DNA of 64,000 nucleotides from Candidatus Hatepunaea meridiana (GTDB lineage Bacteria; Electryoneota; AABM5-125-24; Hatepunaeales; Hatepunaeaceae): NCBI GenBank assembly GCA_030765125.1, contig JAVCDD010000180.1, positions 7,033 to 71,032 of the forward strand, read 5' to 3'. Shown piece by piece: positions 47,601 to 54,000 of this stretch (position 1 is its first letter; each line of letters starts with the position of its first letter). The notes under the pieces were generated by a model. It saw only the letters and a program-made list of their open reading frames with translations, ran no database searches and was not told where the DNA came from. The position numbers and the translations under genes were made by a program.

Positions 47601-50094
47601 CATCAGGATCGTTAGTAAAGAAGGTCATATCGGCTTCATAGTCGCCACCAATTAAATCTGTAGCGTCAAGTGTAACGTCGATTTCAATCGGATCGCCATC
47701 AACCGCGATGGTACCTTCGTCAGGCTCGTACATCAGCCAGTACATCTCAGCGACGCCGTCGTCTATGATTCGGATCTGAGTTGAAGGATACTGTGACAGC
47801 CAGAGGTTATGACCATCGTGTCCGATGCCGTCCCATTCCTGACCATTTTCAGCGGGCCATGAAACGATGTGCGCTACCTGCTCGATGTAAGTCCAATCAT
47901 CGACATCGACAGAAACCTGCCACAGTTCATTACCGTTACCGTTTCGTCTTGTGTTGAACCACATCTGTCCATCAGGATGTTTGTCCACCCAGCATATACT
48001 GCGCGACGGGAAGTTACCGGTATACTGAAAGTGACTCGGAATGACCGCAATTTGCTCGAGATCGTTCTCAATGTCGAACACTCGTATCTCACGGTTATTA
48101 GCGTCGTTCATCACAAACAGTAATCCTTCTTCATGGCTAACCGTGACCGCAGTCGGTCGGAAGTTAGTCTGGATATTACCGAGGTTTTCACCTTCAGTAT
48201 TATAGTGGTATAGCCAGTTGTTTGACCAGTGTACTATGTAAAGTTCACCGTCATAGCAGGCAGCGCCCATCGGGTTGTTCTGCACCCGGAACTCACGCTC
48301 TACTTCGTAGTCGTTAGCCGGATCGATAGCAGAAACCAGGAAATTCGGGCTGTAATTAGTCATCCACATCCACTCGTTGTCCCAGTCCCAGGCGATACCG
48401 GCATTATACCGGTTTACTGCACCAGCGTTGGGAGATTGGAATGCATGAATCAGATCACCGAGGTCATCGCGACGAGGACCTGCTTCATTGTCATTCCCTT
48501 GAAGAGGTGAATCCACGCTACGCAAGGTGCGTAAAGCATTATCGCGCTCTTCATCATCACCCGGCTCGGAGATAATTTCAGATTCAATAGTGAAGCGCAG
48601 CTCCGCATCACCATCGTTGGAAACGGTCAAGGTGTGTTCCTCGACTTCGTTCGATACGAGATCGTCTTCGATGGAACCGGGGTCAATCTCAATCGCCGGT
48701 GGCAGTGTGCCTTCGGCGTGAAGCGCAACCACGTATTCACCATTGCTTGGATCGTTCGAGACGAAGACCATCGTGGCATCGAAATCATCCGGATCGTCAT
48801 CAGCAGCGTTGAAGATGAAGGTTACATCTGCGCTTGCATCCGGCTCCAACATCAAATCTTCCGGATCGGCGGAGAAGTAATCGTGCTCACTGTAGATATC
48901 CTCAATGTCGAGGTCTTCTATACCGGTATTGGTGACCGTTACGGTCATCTCATAAGGACCTCCGACAAAGACGTCGTCATAAGCCAAGTTCCAGTCAACG
49001 ACGCATGCATCCGGGTCTTCCGGGTCAAAGCCGTGATCTTCCGACCACTCGACCACGATATTGGGGGCGGCTTGAACGGTTAAATCAACTGCTATTACGA
49101 TATCTTGATCCTCAGAAGTAAGGATGTGAACATCGGCGCGGTAGTTTCCACCAATCAGCCCATCGGCGTCAAGGGTTAAAACCATTACGCCCGCATCGTC
49201 ACCATCAATGGAGCCATCGGTAGGATCAACGGTGATCCATTGTGTCCAGGCGTTAGGACCACCGAATGCAATCACGCGACCGGGTACTGCATACTGGTTA
49301 TTCCTAGCGCTGATAAACCAACCGTGCCTGTCTGCGCCGCGGTTTACACCGATTTCACCGGTGTTCTGGTTTATAGCTTCACCATACTGCATAACTCCCA
49401 AACCACTGCCGTACAGCAGGAGCTGGAACTTGAAGCGATGATCACCATGCCATTCGATGACAGCTTCATCGTTCTGGTTAGTCCAGATGTAGACTTCCGT
49501 ACCGGCAGTGTTGTCATCGTTAAAGATTGAGACGGTGTTTCCACCTCTTGCGCCATCGGCTGCATTATATGGGAAATTAGCTGCGGTTACCATAATGTCT
49601 CGACCACCGTAGGTGAACGACATCCATCCATCGGAATCGGCGAATACGCGTGAATGCATACGATCCCAGAACGGGAATTCCCAGCCAAGGTCAACGGCGC
49701 CTGTGTTGGCGTCGTCACCAAGACGGAACTCGCGAACACCATCCAATTCGGGAGTATCTATCCACACGAATTCTGGTGCGCCATCCGCGTTGTCGTCCAT
49801 ATTATCACGCCACTCCCAACCCATATCATCGGGTTCACTGCGGCGGTCACGACGAGGACCGACTCGTTCTTCATCAGGCTCCGCGGTGACCTCGATATCG
49901 GTATCCCAATCAATCGCATCATCACCGAGGTTACTGATGGTTACATCGGTCGCCTCAATATCTCCAGTGTTTAACTCTGTTTCGATTTCCTGAGGGTCAA
50001 CCTCAACGTCGGCATAAGCAGCGGGCGCGAGCCACAGATAACCTGCAAATGCAAGGCAAATCGCTAACAGAAAACGAATACTGGTTCCTTTCAT
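35641..50094 (-). CDS. Giant (4817 aa) T9SS-secreted modular surface protein
   Basis: A complete ORF in the track. Shine-Dalgarno AGGAGG (plus-strand cctcct, 50100-50105) lies 5 nt upstream of the ATG. The signal peptide is MKGTSIRFLLAICLAFAGYLWLAPAAYA. Nine Arg-rich linkers separate super-modules of about 490 aa. The CTD, NYPNPFNAVTRINY...GIYIVRM...KVMLVK, spans 35644-35898. Confidence 0.9.
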   Translation of the reverse strand: MKGTSIRFLLAICLAFAGYLWLAPAAYADVEVDPQEIETELNTGDIEATDVTISNLGDDAIDWDTDIEVTAEPDEERVGPRRDRRSEPDDMGWEWRDNMDDNADGAPEFVWIDTPELDGVREFRLGDDANTGAVDLGWEFPFWDRMHSRVFADSDGWMSFTYGGRDIMVTAANFPYNAADGARGGNTVSIFNDDNTAGTEVYIWTNQNDEAVIEWHGDHRFKFQLLLYGSGLGVMQYGEAINQNTGEIGVNRGADRHGWFISARNNQYAVPGRVIAFGGPNAWTQWITVDPTDGSIDGDDAGVMVLTLDADGLIGGNYRADVHILTSEDQDIVIAVDLTVQAAPNIVVEWSEDHGFDPEDPDACVVDWNLAYDDVFVGGPYEMTVTVTNTGIEDLDIEDIYSEHDYFSADPEDLMLEPDASADVTFIFNAADDDPDDFDATMVFVSNDPSNGEYVVALHAEGTLPPAIEIDPGSIEDDLVSNEVEEHTLTVSNDGDAELRFTIESEIISEPGDDEERDNALRTLRSVDSPLQGNDNEAGPRRDDLGDLIHAFQSPNAGAVNRYNAGIAWDWDNEWMWMTNYSPNFLVSAIDPANDYEVEREFRVQNNPMGAACYDGELYIVHWSNNWLYHYNTEGENLGNIQTNFRPTAVTVSHEEGLLFVMNDANNREIRVFDIENDLEQIAVIPSHFQYTGNFPSRSICWVDKHPDGQMWFNTRRNGNGNELWQVSVDVDDWTYIEQVAHIVSWPAENGQEWDGIGHDGHNLWLSQYPSTQIRIIDDGVAEMYWLMYEPDEGTIAVDGDPIEIDVTLDATDLIGGDYEADMTFFTNDPDDDEVVISVIMHVTGVPALEVAWSEDHGFDPDNGDSVVDFNAAHEELYAGHDYPVTIELINPGTDDTEIESITCENQRFTCDPADAVIIGHSSLEVNFIFNSEDTDQHEAVMVIVWNDPADEPADIEINLVAQAFTPPAFELAPGSVEEDYFTGDIEEHVLTLSNTGGADLNWSIASEIIAEPGDDDRDNASRTLRSTARRADGPRRDPLEDNELDGLLFAAFQINSTWGWVDDGMRQDPLLNNDNYHSYRQAGDWDNVDFSEYDVIVVAARSSMNSQNYQNNFERLEEYVDGGGACYYETADANSPMHGPGDIVNNSAGGTSNGTLVVSPDPNDDNYSLFAEICHRSEPNYWEEGEIIEGGSWLHSGYLENQFVQKVEDGTLEWYQVIATKQNQDVPGAVAYGFGKGTVLTVGHPTGHCWFNYARNGGEWGSMASEILLYLTEMGGAKWLAYEPDEGTIEADDQAEVTVTLDCSGLFTGDYEADMTFTTNDPDNEELVFNIIMHVTGAPALGATWSADIGWDEDPEVAVIDWNLAYLNLFVDQTYDVLVEIENTGTDDLEIEDIYCENDLFTSDPVDASLEPGESDEFTFTFDASSGDAFEEAMVIVWNDPNEEDFEIALLADAGVPPEIAINPGSIEEDLYTGGLVDVELTVANEGEADLRFTVEHEIVAEPDRDANARSLRSTRNAEGPRRDDFMDVIATYRWARGAAGYKHSSNFDTDNEWMWVATYSPNWIAAISWDGDYENFTEEIAYQPQGQNVMDIAWMDGVVYNVAWSGAFVGRHDAEGENLGNLPMGFNSVTALAASPENGVLIAIEGTGAWGMHVVRPVNDNVERVATINWRQGPLVNQFSRGICWVDEHPDGQLWINTQSRLMEVSIDTDDWSFVEVVQNTAWNNGNDQWSDPGHDGENLWLGVRVVQEFQIVDDGIAETNWLAYDPVEGTVAGDDAMIVTVTLDGAGLAEGDYEADLTFLSNDPNEEEGVVINIQLHLTAASDIEVEWSEDFGYPDVLNWNPAYEDVFAGGPYTMVVQVSNEGTADLDIEDIFCDNEYFTVDQGDMLLEPDASANLTITFEAEADDPGEYEEVMTFVCDDPDEENFELPMHVICELPPIIRIVPGSIETDLFTGGFEEHDLVVENSGDAELRFTTDIEIIVEPGDDRDNASRTLRSTRRADGPRRDRRGGPDDMGYEWRDNLEDDGPEYEWIDIREFEGVREFVMGDDAITGAVELGWDFPFYVENFNRIFIDTDGWAGFVRSAQSINTPRPFPQNQAGWFYTLAILNGDWHGSGGGGPLYTWTNERDLMVITYHNWNSRGGIGGCFQIILNDAGMITFQYGDRINDIPRWWQASHTGINGAFIDNNMYGFSMVNYGQGQDYIVEGRAIGCGPAGAWTRWVSVDPAEGAVEGDDEMTVTVFLDAAGLIEGDWEADIHFLSNDPASPDEAVNVLLHVTGAPDIEVTWDEAYGYIDPIEDQNNESVVDWNLMYEDLFTGGPYEMTVILANLGTADLDVEDIFCDHDYFSVEPQEAFLEWEDGEDVVVTITFDADVDDPNDFEAELVFISNDPDEDELIVNLHAEASLPPVFELSVDGDQIDIDNEDAVINDDLVTGEQAEHAMEIYNAGDALLRWRLEAEIIRQPGDEEERDNASRTLRSTKSVTSPRRDNPGDRLEDLDFNHPIPANQYKNGCYDPDNEWFWFQQYNNPYLMAAIDPSDGEEMVRFNTGLNPMDLAYYDGVIYIMYLWVPTLNRYDIEGNNLGALALQGHRGINGVATDQEEGLIYAVEGSGAPFNLSVFNLEGERIGQIGNIQPFVNNQLFRSIEFVALHPDGELWVNTRDRAWQIDIDTDNFEFVGNQAVVNFPTRSNNEYAVIAHDGENLYVSCHADSRLYCYDDGVSEVRWLDYGVGEEEMVKEGTVEADDIEEIIVLLNADGLIGGMYVAEMYFTTNDPAHRNVTVTVNLDVTGVPDFAIEWGPGFDPDDIPNSVVDFNVEFNPNLFNGGADDRYQIPVTIINVGTDDLIIDEIIVDTEGDVEVFFVDPADFVDDNAIIAAQEGIITVSFMAEEAGEYIGTVTLSTNDPDLEEFIFDLSADCQDPPMISLDPGEIEREMDTGDEEELTINVANIGRADLHFTTEAEMIQEGPEEERDNASRTLRSTRSATGPRRDEPGDLIAQFNGINVVNHYSSCVGWDWDNERMWVSNYNNQRAAAYSHDANYENFNEEISIATGGSCMDGCWLNGHLWIGNWSNAQVRRYDGDGQLVGTHNFPFVAYGLAADVEESLIFVMQNAAPNSIHVYEVDGLDVGEEIGVIANHQAFHGNVVTFALEWVPAHVDAPLWMTDAAQNNVYQIGVDRDDWTCVEVDDVVSFQVNNGQPYCAVGHDGEYIWCSGYQQANIRVYDDGVDEVRWFSYDPKESPEDGLGADEEMDIFITINTFGLYSGEYEVNLHFLSNDPANQDAVVNILIHVSGAPGINVIWPEEWGYIPDDPDDHGIVDWNAAYSESEDHFWPEILYADGDYDLEIVVQNVGTEDLEIEGCEIDHEFFEVDHADFVIGPGEEEVVTLTFMPGETGEFTPDLIIFNNDEDDAEYAVSLVAQAFSPPMFSVAPQSIDTEVPNGQEEIHNLNVANEAGDDGAQLHFETEIEIISEPERDNNARTLNAVGSVGARRDPLEDDELDGLLFAAFQTSTTWGWVDDGMRRDPLLNNDNYHSYRQAADWDNVEFEDYDVIVIAARSTMNSQNYQNNFERLEEYVADGGACYYETADANSPMHGPGDIVNNSAGGTSNGTLVVSPDPNDDNYSLFAEICHRSEPNYWEEGELIEGGSWLHSGYLENQFVQKVDDGTLEWYQVIATKQNQDVPGAVAYGFGKGTVLTVGHSTGHCWFNYARNGGEWGSIASELLLYLTEMGGAKWITLDPDTSPWDPDRPNDSGIDPGADMDVFVTLNTEGLIEFTYEADIIFITNDPENDEFVVNVIADVIGVPIWDEEYEPIAQPFENAQDIEFEDTYVNGDSEISITVVNCGSTDLIIDGVEFTGDAADDYSTDIDDQAVLDPEQELAFTLTFSPSQTGVREATFSIFSDAENQDIGDDDRIWWDLIGVGELAPIASTDPETDPDNPTEIIVQMLMGDDPVEEIIVLANEEGERRDLHFEIEIEDIEEEERDDAVRSLRSTKRAIGPRRDQPEGRGILIAERCGWSNWDFERYFQAIDDLDYDRYRTWNQVQDVDFTEYDFMWIGNYEADAWVAQYNQNLERIEEFVDGGGALYHSSGTNNHNTRPTNPGGLVYNGSQSQNQCPLQLDPEENFLINYMNENDPFNWEWGEGQRLVGGGCAHGVFLQRDIDNMDNVEWVQIMAMGNPTNEPIILTYQYGRGFCLVSTTVDGYLHNVPANYHWGRTGEAVIWYLDHLANVSTWVTAEPDEGDVHAGESTEIILTFDPADLEDWIDYHATVTILTNDPENAEIVFDVELQLGARIQHFAEFETTNLMHYLSILDVAFDEEPVPNGWEIAAYTDDDVLAGGVVWRGEGSVLIAYGAADDVEGFENGDNINYRAWDPDADEELLATAEIEDNAGPRVWVNNGETIVTCVTAYQLREQTILHLEGWNMISLNIIPIADYWENLDDDDGPDVELMLEQYKDEDDNHHVVIMKDEAGDFCVPDWDFYGIDFWNTAEGYLMNVNEELEASWLGVPIHPQTVVAGVDAGWNIVAYYPTYDLEASRGSGFHVVSSIVDNVIIAKDGPGGFMVPSYGFSNMEPWTPGQGYQINVDEDVELLYPEDEDQGAALMSASEAGSHWASPVKTDVNMSVLVTSIIGTPVEDGDQIAAFDASGKLIGVGTISDEMCGLPIWGDSEHTKNVVDGLQEDEAFTLRMWNNANETEVNLKASIKSGKGLVYLTNALTIIDVRVDAGIPDEYSLSQNYPNPFNAVTRINYGLPEAAKVTINVFDVTGRLVTTLINNELKAGRYTAVWDGAGMTSGIYIVRMEAANFKSVRKVMLVK
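38885..39625 (-). repeat. Copy 1 of a near-identical ~740-bp internal duplication (payload C domain)
   Basis: It matches 46253-46993, offset exactly 7368 bp. By eye there are about 8 differences across the central ~440 nt, and the flanks are more diverged. It encodes LDGLLFAAFQ...YDVIV(I/V)AARS...LEEYV(A)DGGACYYE...GKGTVLTVGH. Confidence 0.85.
46253..46993 (-). repeat. Copy 2 of the near-identical ~740-bp internal duplication
   Basis: See 38885-39625. The shadow ORFs 39102..39386 and 46470..46754 are nearly identical in translation. Confidence 0.85.
48486..48515 (-). repeat. Degenerate copy of the GTCATTCCCGCGAAGGCGGGAATCC element, in frame in linker 2 of the 4817-aa gene
   Basis: cattgtcattcccttgaagaggtgaatcca aligns with cattttgtcattcccgcgaaggcgggaatcca at 34619-34650 at roughly 25 of 30 positions. 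The 13-mer ttgtcattccctt is identical to 50650-50662. It codes the extra residues VDSPLQGNDNEA between RTLRS and GPRRD. Confidence 0.6.
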
Positions 50095-50142
50095 TGAAAC
50101 CTCCTAAATCTTTAATTTATGAATTATTATTTTTTTAATGAT

Positions 50143-50226
50143 GAGTTCAGAGTATGCGCTTCAGCGCGTTTTAGCTTCGCTCTTTAATTATAAGAGCTTT
50201 ACGTGCTGAAGCGCACTCTGAGCTTC
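50143..50226. repeat. Family B long hairpin
   Basis: The arms are gagttcagagtatgcgcttcagcgcgt and acgtgctgaagcgcactctgagcttc. Confidence 0.7.
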
Positions 50227-50421
50227 TGTTTTTCAAGAAAATTTATTCTGTGATATAATTCCAAATTGATGTTCTGGTGTGCAGTTCGGATAAGCAGTAC
50301 ATGAAACGTTCAAGGAATATATAATCTTTTTAATCTTTAAGCAAGTAATTTCAGTCATTATATGTAAATTTTTTAAGTTCAATTACAAGATTTTAATAGT
50401 TTGAATGAGCTTTTTACAATA

Positions 50422-50445
50422 GTAGATGCGACACTCCTGTCGCAT
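50422..50445 (+). repeat. Solo REP with GTAG head
   Basis: GTAG-ATGCGACA-CTCC-TGTCGCAT. Confidence 0.6.
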
Positions 50446-50648
50446 GACTGCTGCGATTTTTAATTGTCTGCCGTATGATTGTTTCGATTTTCTAGGCTAT
50501 TCGATACTAAGATAAGTGATTTAATACGTAAGAAATGTGAGGTAGCGCACAATTTTGAATTTATTTTAATATTTTTTTTATTTTTTTCATAAACCGCAGA
50601 TTACTCAGATTTCACCGATTTCATCTTATTATCTGATCGAAACCCCCT

Positions 50649-50937
50649 TTTTGTCATTCCCTTTAAGAATAGAGTTCAGAGTGCGCGCTTCAGCGCGTAA
50701 TGCCTTTAGAATAAGGAAAATAGCCAACACGCGCTGAAGCGCGCACTCTAAACTCTATTCTTCATACTTGGTTGAGTCGCTGGCGACATGGCTTTTCCTT
50801 TGAAAGTAGCACCCCGCTATCAGGTCACCTCGCTTAACAGCAATGCTTATGACAGCGCTGTCAACCGCGGCGGGTTGACAGCGTAAAAACAGCCTGAAGG
50901 CTGGACTCTGAACTTCTATTTTTCAAGGGAATGACAA
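50649..50937. mobile_element. ~289-bp composite MITE-like element bounded by TTTTGTCATTCCCTT / AAGGGAATGACAAAA inverted repeats
   Basis: The left end is ttttgtcattcccttt (50649-50664) and the right end is aagggaatgacaaaa (50923-50937). Inside are a family B hairpin (50667-50760), gtcaaccgcggcgggttgac (50860-50879) and a family C unit (50886-50915). Confidence 0.55.
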
Positions 50938-51069
50938 AACGAAGGAATAAATAACAGAAAAGAGTCTTTTTCAGTAGATTTAAAATAATCCTTGACTATA
51001 CAAAGTGAATCTCCTTATATTATATGATGTATTTTGCTTAATGGAAACTAACCATAAGGGATAAAGACA

Positions 51070-54000
51070 ATGAACCGATTAACTCTATCTTTACTACTGT
51101 CTTTAATACTCACTTCTTACACAACAGCTTACGAGGGTCCTACATCATCAGCAGATCCGCATGCAGCAATCATCTCTTCCAGCGACCAGGCAATCCGCAT
51201 AGGTTTCGAGCTTGCCGACCTGGAAGTTCGGGAGGTCGTCAAAGATGACGAAACCTTTGATGCTCACATCCTGACCGGTGAGGGAACAACTTATGATTAC
51301 GGCAAACCGTTACTGCCTGCGATTAATAGATTCGTTGTCGTTCCTCCTCAATCGGCGCTCGAGTTGGTCATTGAGGCTGATGAGCCTCGTTGCATGCCTG
51401 CTTCAAATCCTCCGGCGCTATGCACCAATGATAACATCACGGGTTCGATTTGGGGAAATCTGCGCGAAAATGCCGTCTACCCCCCTGTTATAGCTGAAAT
51501 GAGCGAACCTACTATTATTCGGGGTGTTCGGATGGTCAAGATAACAACATATCCGATTCAATACAACCCCGTTACCAACGAATACCTGCACCGGGATCAC
51601 ATCCGTACCGAGATCCAGTTCAGCGACGGGGATCCAATCAATCCGGTCGAACATCCGGAACGCAGACACCGTAGCCAGACATTCCTTAAAGTTATCGAGA
51701 ACATGGCAATTAATGGCGATCAGGTCAGAAGAGACCAGCCGCCTGACGTCGAACCTCCCTATGTAGGGCATTATTGCGTAGTAACTAATTCACTTTGTTT
51801 GCAGTATATCCAGCCATTTATAGAATGGAGGCGTAAATCCGGTTATAAAGTCGACATTATCAGCCTCTCCGGTGGTAGCGCTACGAATGCTAACGGAATC
51901 AAGAATGCTATTCAGAACTTATACGATGAATACGATGAGAATGGTATTGATCCATTTGAATATCTGTTATTAGTAGGTGATCGTAGTGCCTATTCCTATT
52001 CCCCACCTGTTGGTTGGCAACTTGCAGCTCCAGCGGGGAATTCCTCCTGGGGTGGAGCACCTCACGCTGATTATGAGCTCGGTCTTCTCGAGGGCAATGA
52101 TATTCATCCTGACGTTGGTATTGGCAGATGGTGGGTTGGTCAACCAGACAAGCTCCAGCTTGCGGTCGGTAGAACATTGAACTATGAAGCAACCCCTTAT
52201 ATGGATGATACCGATTGGTTCAATGCTGCCGGAGCATTCTCACAACATTGGGGAAACCAGGCAAATATCGCCTGGCATATAACCATTCATACTACAGTCC
52301 GATGGGGTAAGGAAGTCTTAGAACACTTAGGTTATGAAGACGTGCGCACCTATGAACGGTATCAACATGATCAGATGGGTGGTGAGATTGGACCCGTTCT
52401 CACACGATGGTTTAATGATGGTATGAGCATTATGGTAGGCAGGGGGGAATTGTACAACTGGCGAAATAGCTTTGGAGGTGTGAATAATAGAAATGTTAAT
52501 CCTATTTTTATAACATTCAGCGGGCATGGTGAGTGGGCTTGTGAAGCAATGACCAGGACCGGTAACGGTAATAACACGATTGGTCCGGTAAATATGACCT
52601 GCGGTTGGGGCTGGAGTGTAATTCCGACAACTAATGCTATGTGGCTGGAGCTTGTCAATGCTGTTCTTGTCAAAGATATTCCAATGGGATGGGCATACTG
52701 TTCCGCTATTACCTTATTTGAGCTTTATTTTCCAAACGTAGCGGCTCATCGAAATACCATGCTTTATCCCAATATAAAAACAGACAACATACACTTCGGT
52801 GATCCAGGAATACTGCCCTGGATAGGCGTTCCGAGAGTCGTGGAAGCTGATTTTCCTGAAACTATTACCGATCACACAAGCACAATTTTAGTACACGTCT
52901 CAGAAGGAGAAAATGATACTGCTGTCGAAGGCGCTCAGGTTACGTTGTATGCACCTGGTGATATCCCTGATGCAGATGATAACGACTACGCTGAATATGA
53001 TGATATAAGTATGCTGACAACGTTAAGCGATGAAGATGGAAATGCCCGTTTTGTGCTTGAAGATGACTTTATATTAGAGAATGGAACAACCGCATACATA
53101 ACCGTTACCGGACGGGATATAAAACCATACTTTGGTGAGATAGACATCGAGGATCCGGACGTTGCAATTGAGATAGCCGAGTATGAATTGATTGAAGTTG
53201 ATGGTAATGATGATGATGAAGTCAATCCCGGTGAGACCTTCAGACTTGAGATCACTGCTGCTAACGTAGGTGGTGATGAAACCGCAGAAGATGTAACCGC
53301 TGTTGTTCGAACCCTCTCATCCTGGATTGAGGTCGAAAATCGTGATATTACCTTCGGTGATATTGAGGAGGGAGAAGAAGTTGAGGGAGACGGTGAAGTC
53401 AATCTGATTATATCCCCGGCTTGCCCTGATGGCGCCAGTCGTCCAATCACCAGACCTGAAATATTAATTACATTCGCAAGCGATGACATTGAATGGGAAT
53501 CTGCAATTGTGCTAACTCCTGAAGCACCGAACTATGAGGTTAAGGAGATAGTCGGTAATGACATCCTTGAAGTCGGCGCCCGCGATTTTGATGTTGAAAT
53601 AGAAAACATAGGAAGTCAAAACGGTCCCGCAGTTACCGCTGAATTATTTACCATCGGTATGGGCGCCAGTGTTGTTAACTCTGAATCCAGTTATCCATCA
53701 ATCCGAACAGGCAGATCCAGCCGACTATCCGGCAACGATTTCATCATTTCGGGCAACCGCCTTTCAGTTCCTGGATATATAAATGAGATGATGCTGATAT
53801 TTACAACTGAAGACGGCTTTAACGATACGGCGTACTTTGAGATTCAGGTGCGCGAACCGATGGATAACACTCCTATTGGACCGGATCCTTATGGTTATAT
53901 CTGCTTTGACGATACCGACGAAGGATGGGATATTTCCCCTGCTTATCGTTGGGTTGAGATAAGCCCGCGTGAAGATGAATTTGATTTTCGCGGGGAGCGG

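Larger units (their letters stand above)
38093..49863 (-). repeat. Nine conserved inter-module linkers (E-x-ERDNASRTLRS-x(4-12)-GPRRD) spaced 1372-1520 bp apart
   Basis: Linker spans on the plus strand are 49846-49863 (short form VGPRRD), 48474-48557, 46981-47049, 45517-45590, 44068-44133, 42622-42690, 41119-41187, 39613-39675 and 38093-38160. Examples are DDDRDNASRTLRSTARRADGPRRD and EEERDNASRTLRSTRSATGPRRD. Confidence 0.85.

Noticed and set aside
35978-49993. Plus-strand and off-frame minus-strand ORFs overlapping the 4817-aa gene (for example 37411..38115, 41458..42258, 42319..43161, 39102..39386, 46470..46754)
   Set aside because: All are nested within a continuous 14.4-kb ORF with clear domain content, and none has recognisable motifs. 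The 39102/46470 pair is identical only because the underlying DNA is duplicated.
51672-51690. GTAGCCAGACATTCCT inside the first C25 gene (coding RSQTFLKV), resembling the REP head plus left stem
   Set aside because: It is only a half-site with no right stem. The paralogue has an alignable ordinary sequence at the same position (MSHSFANI), so this may be chance or an ancient relic.
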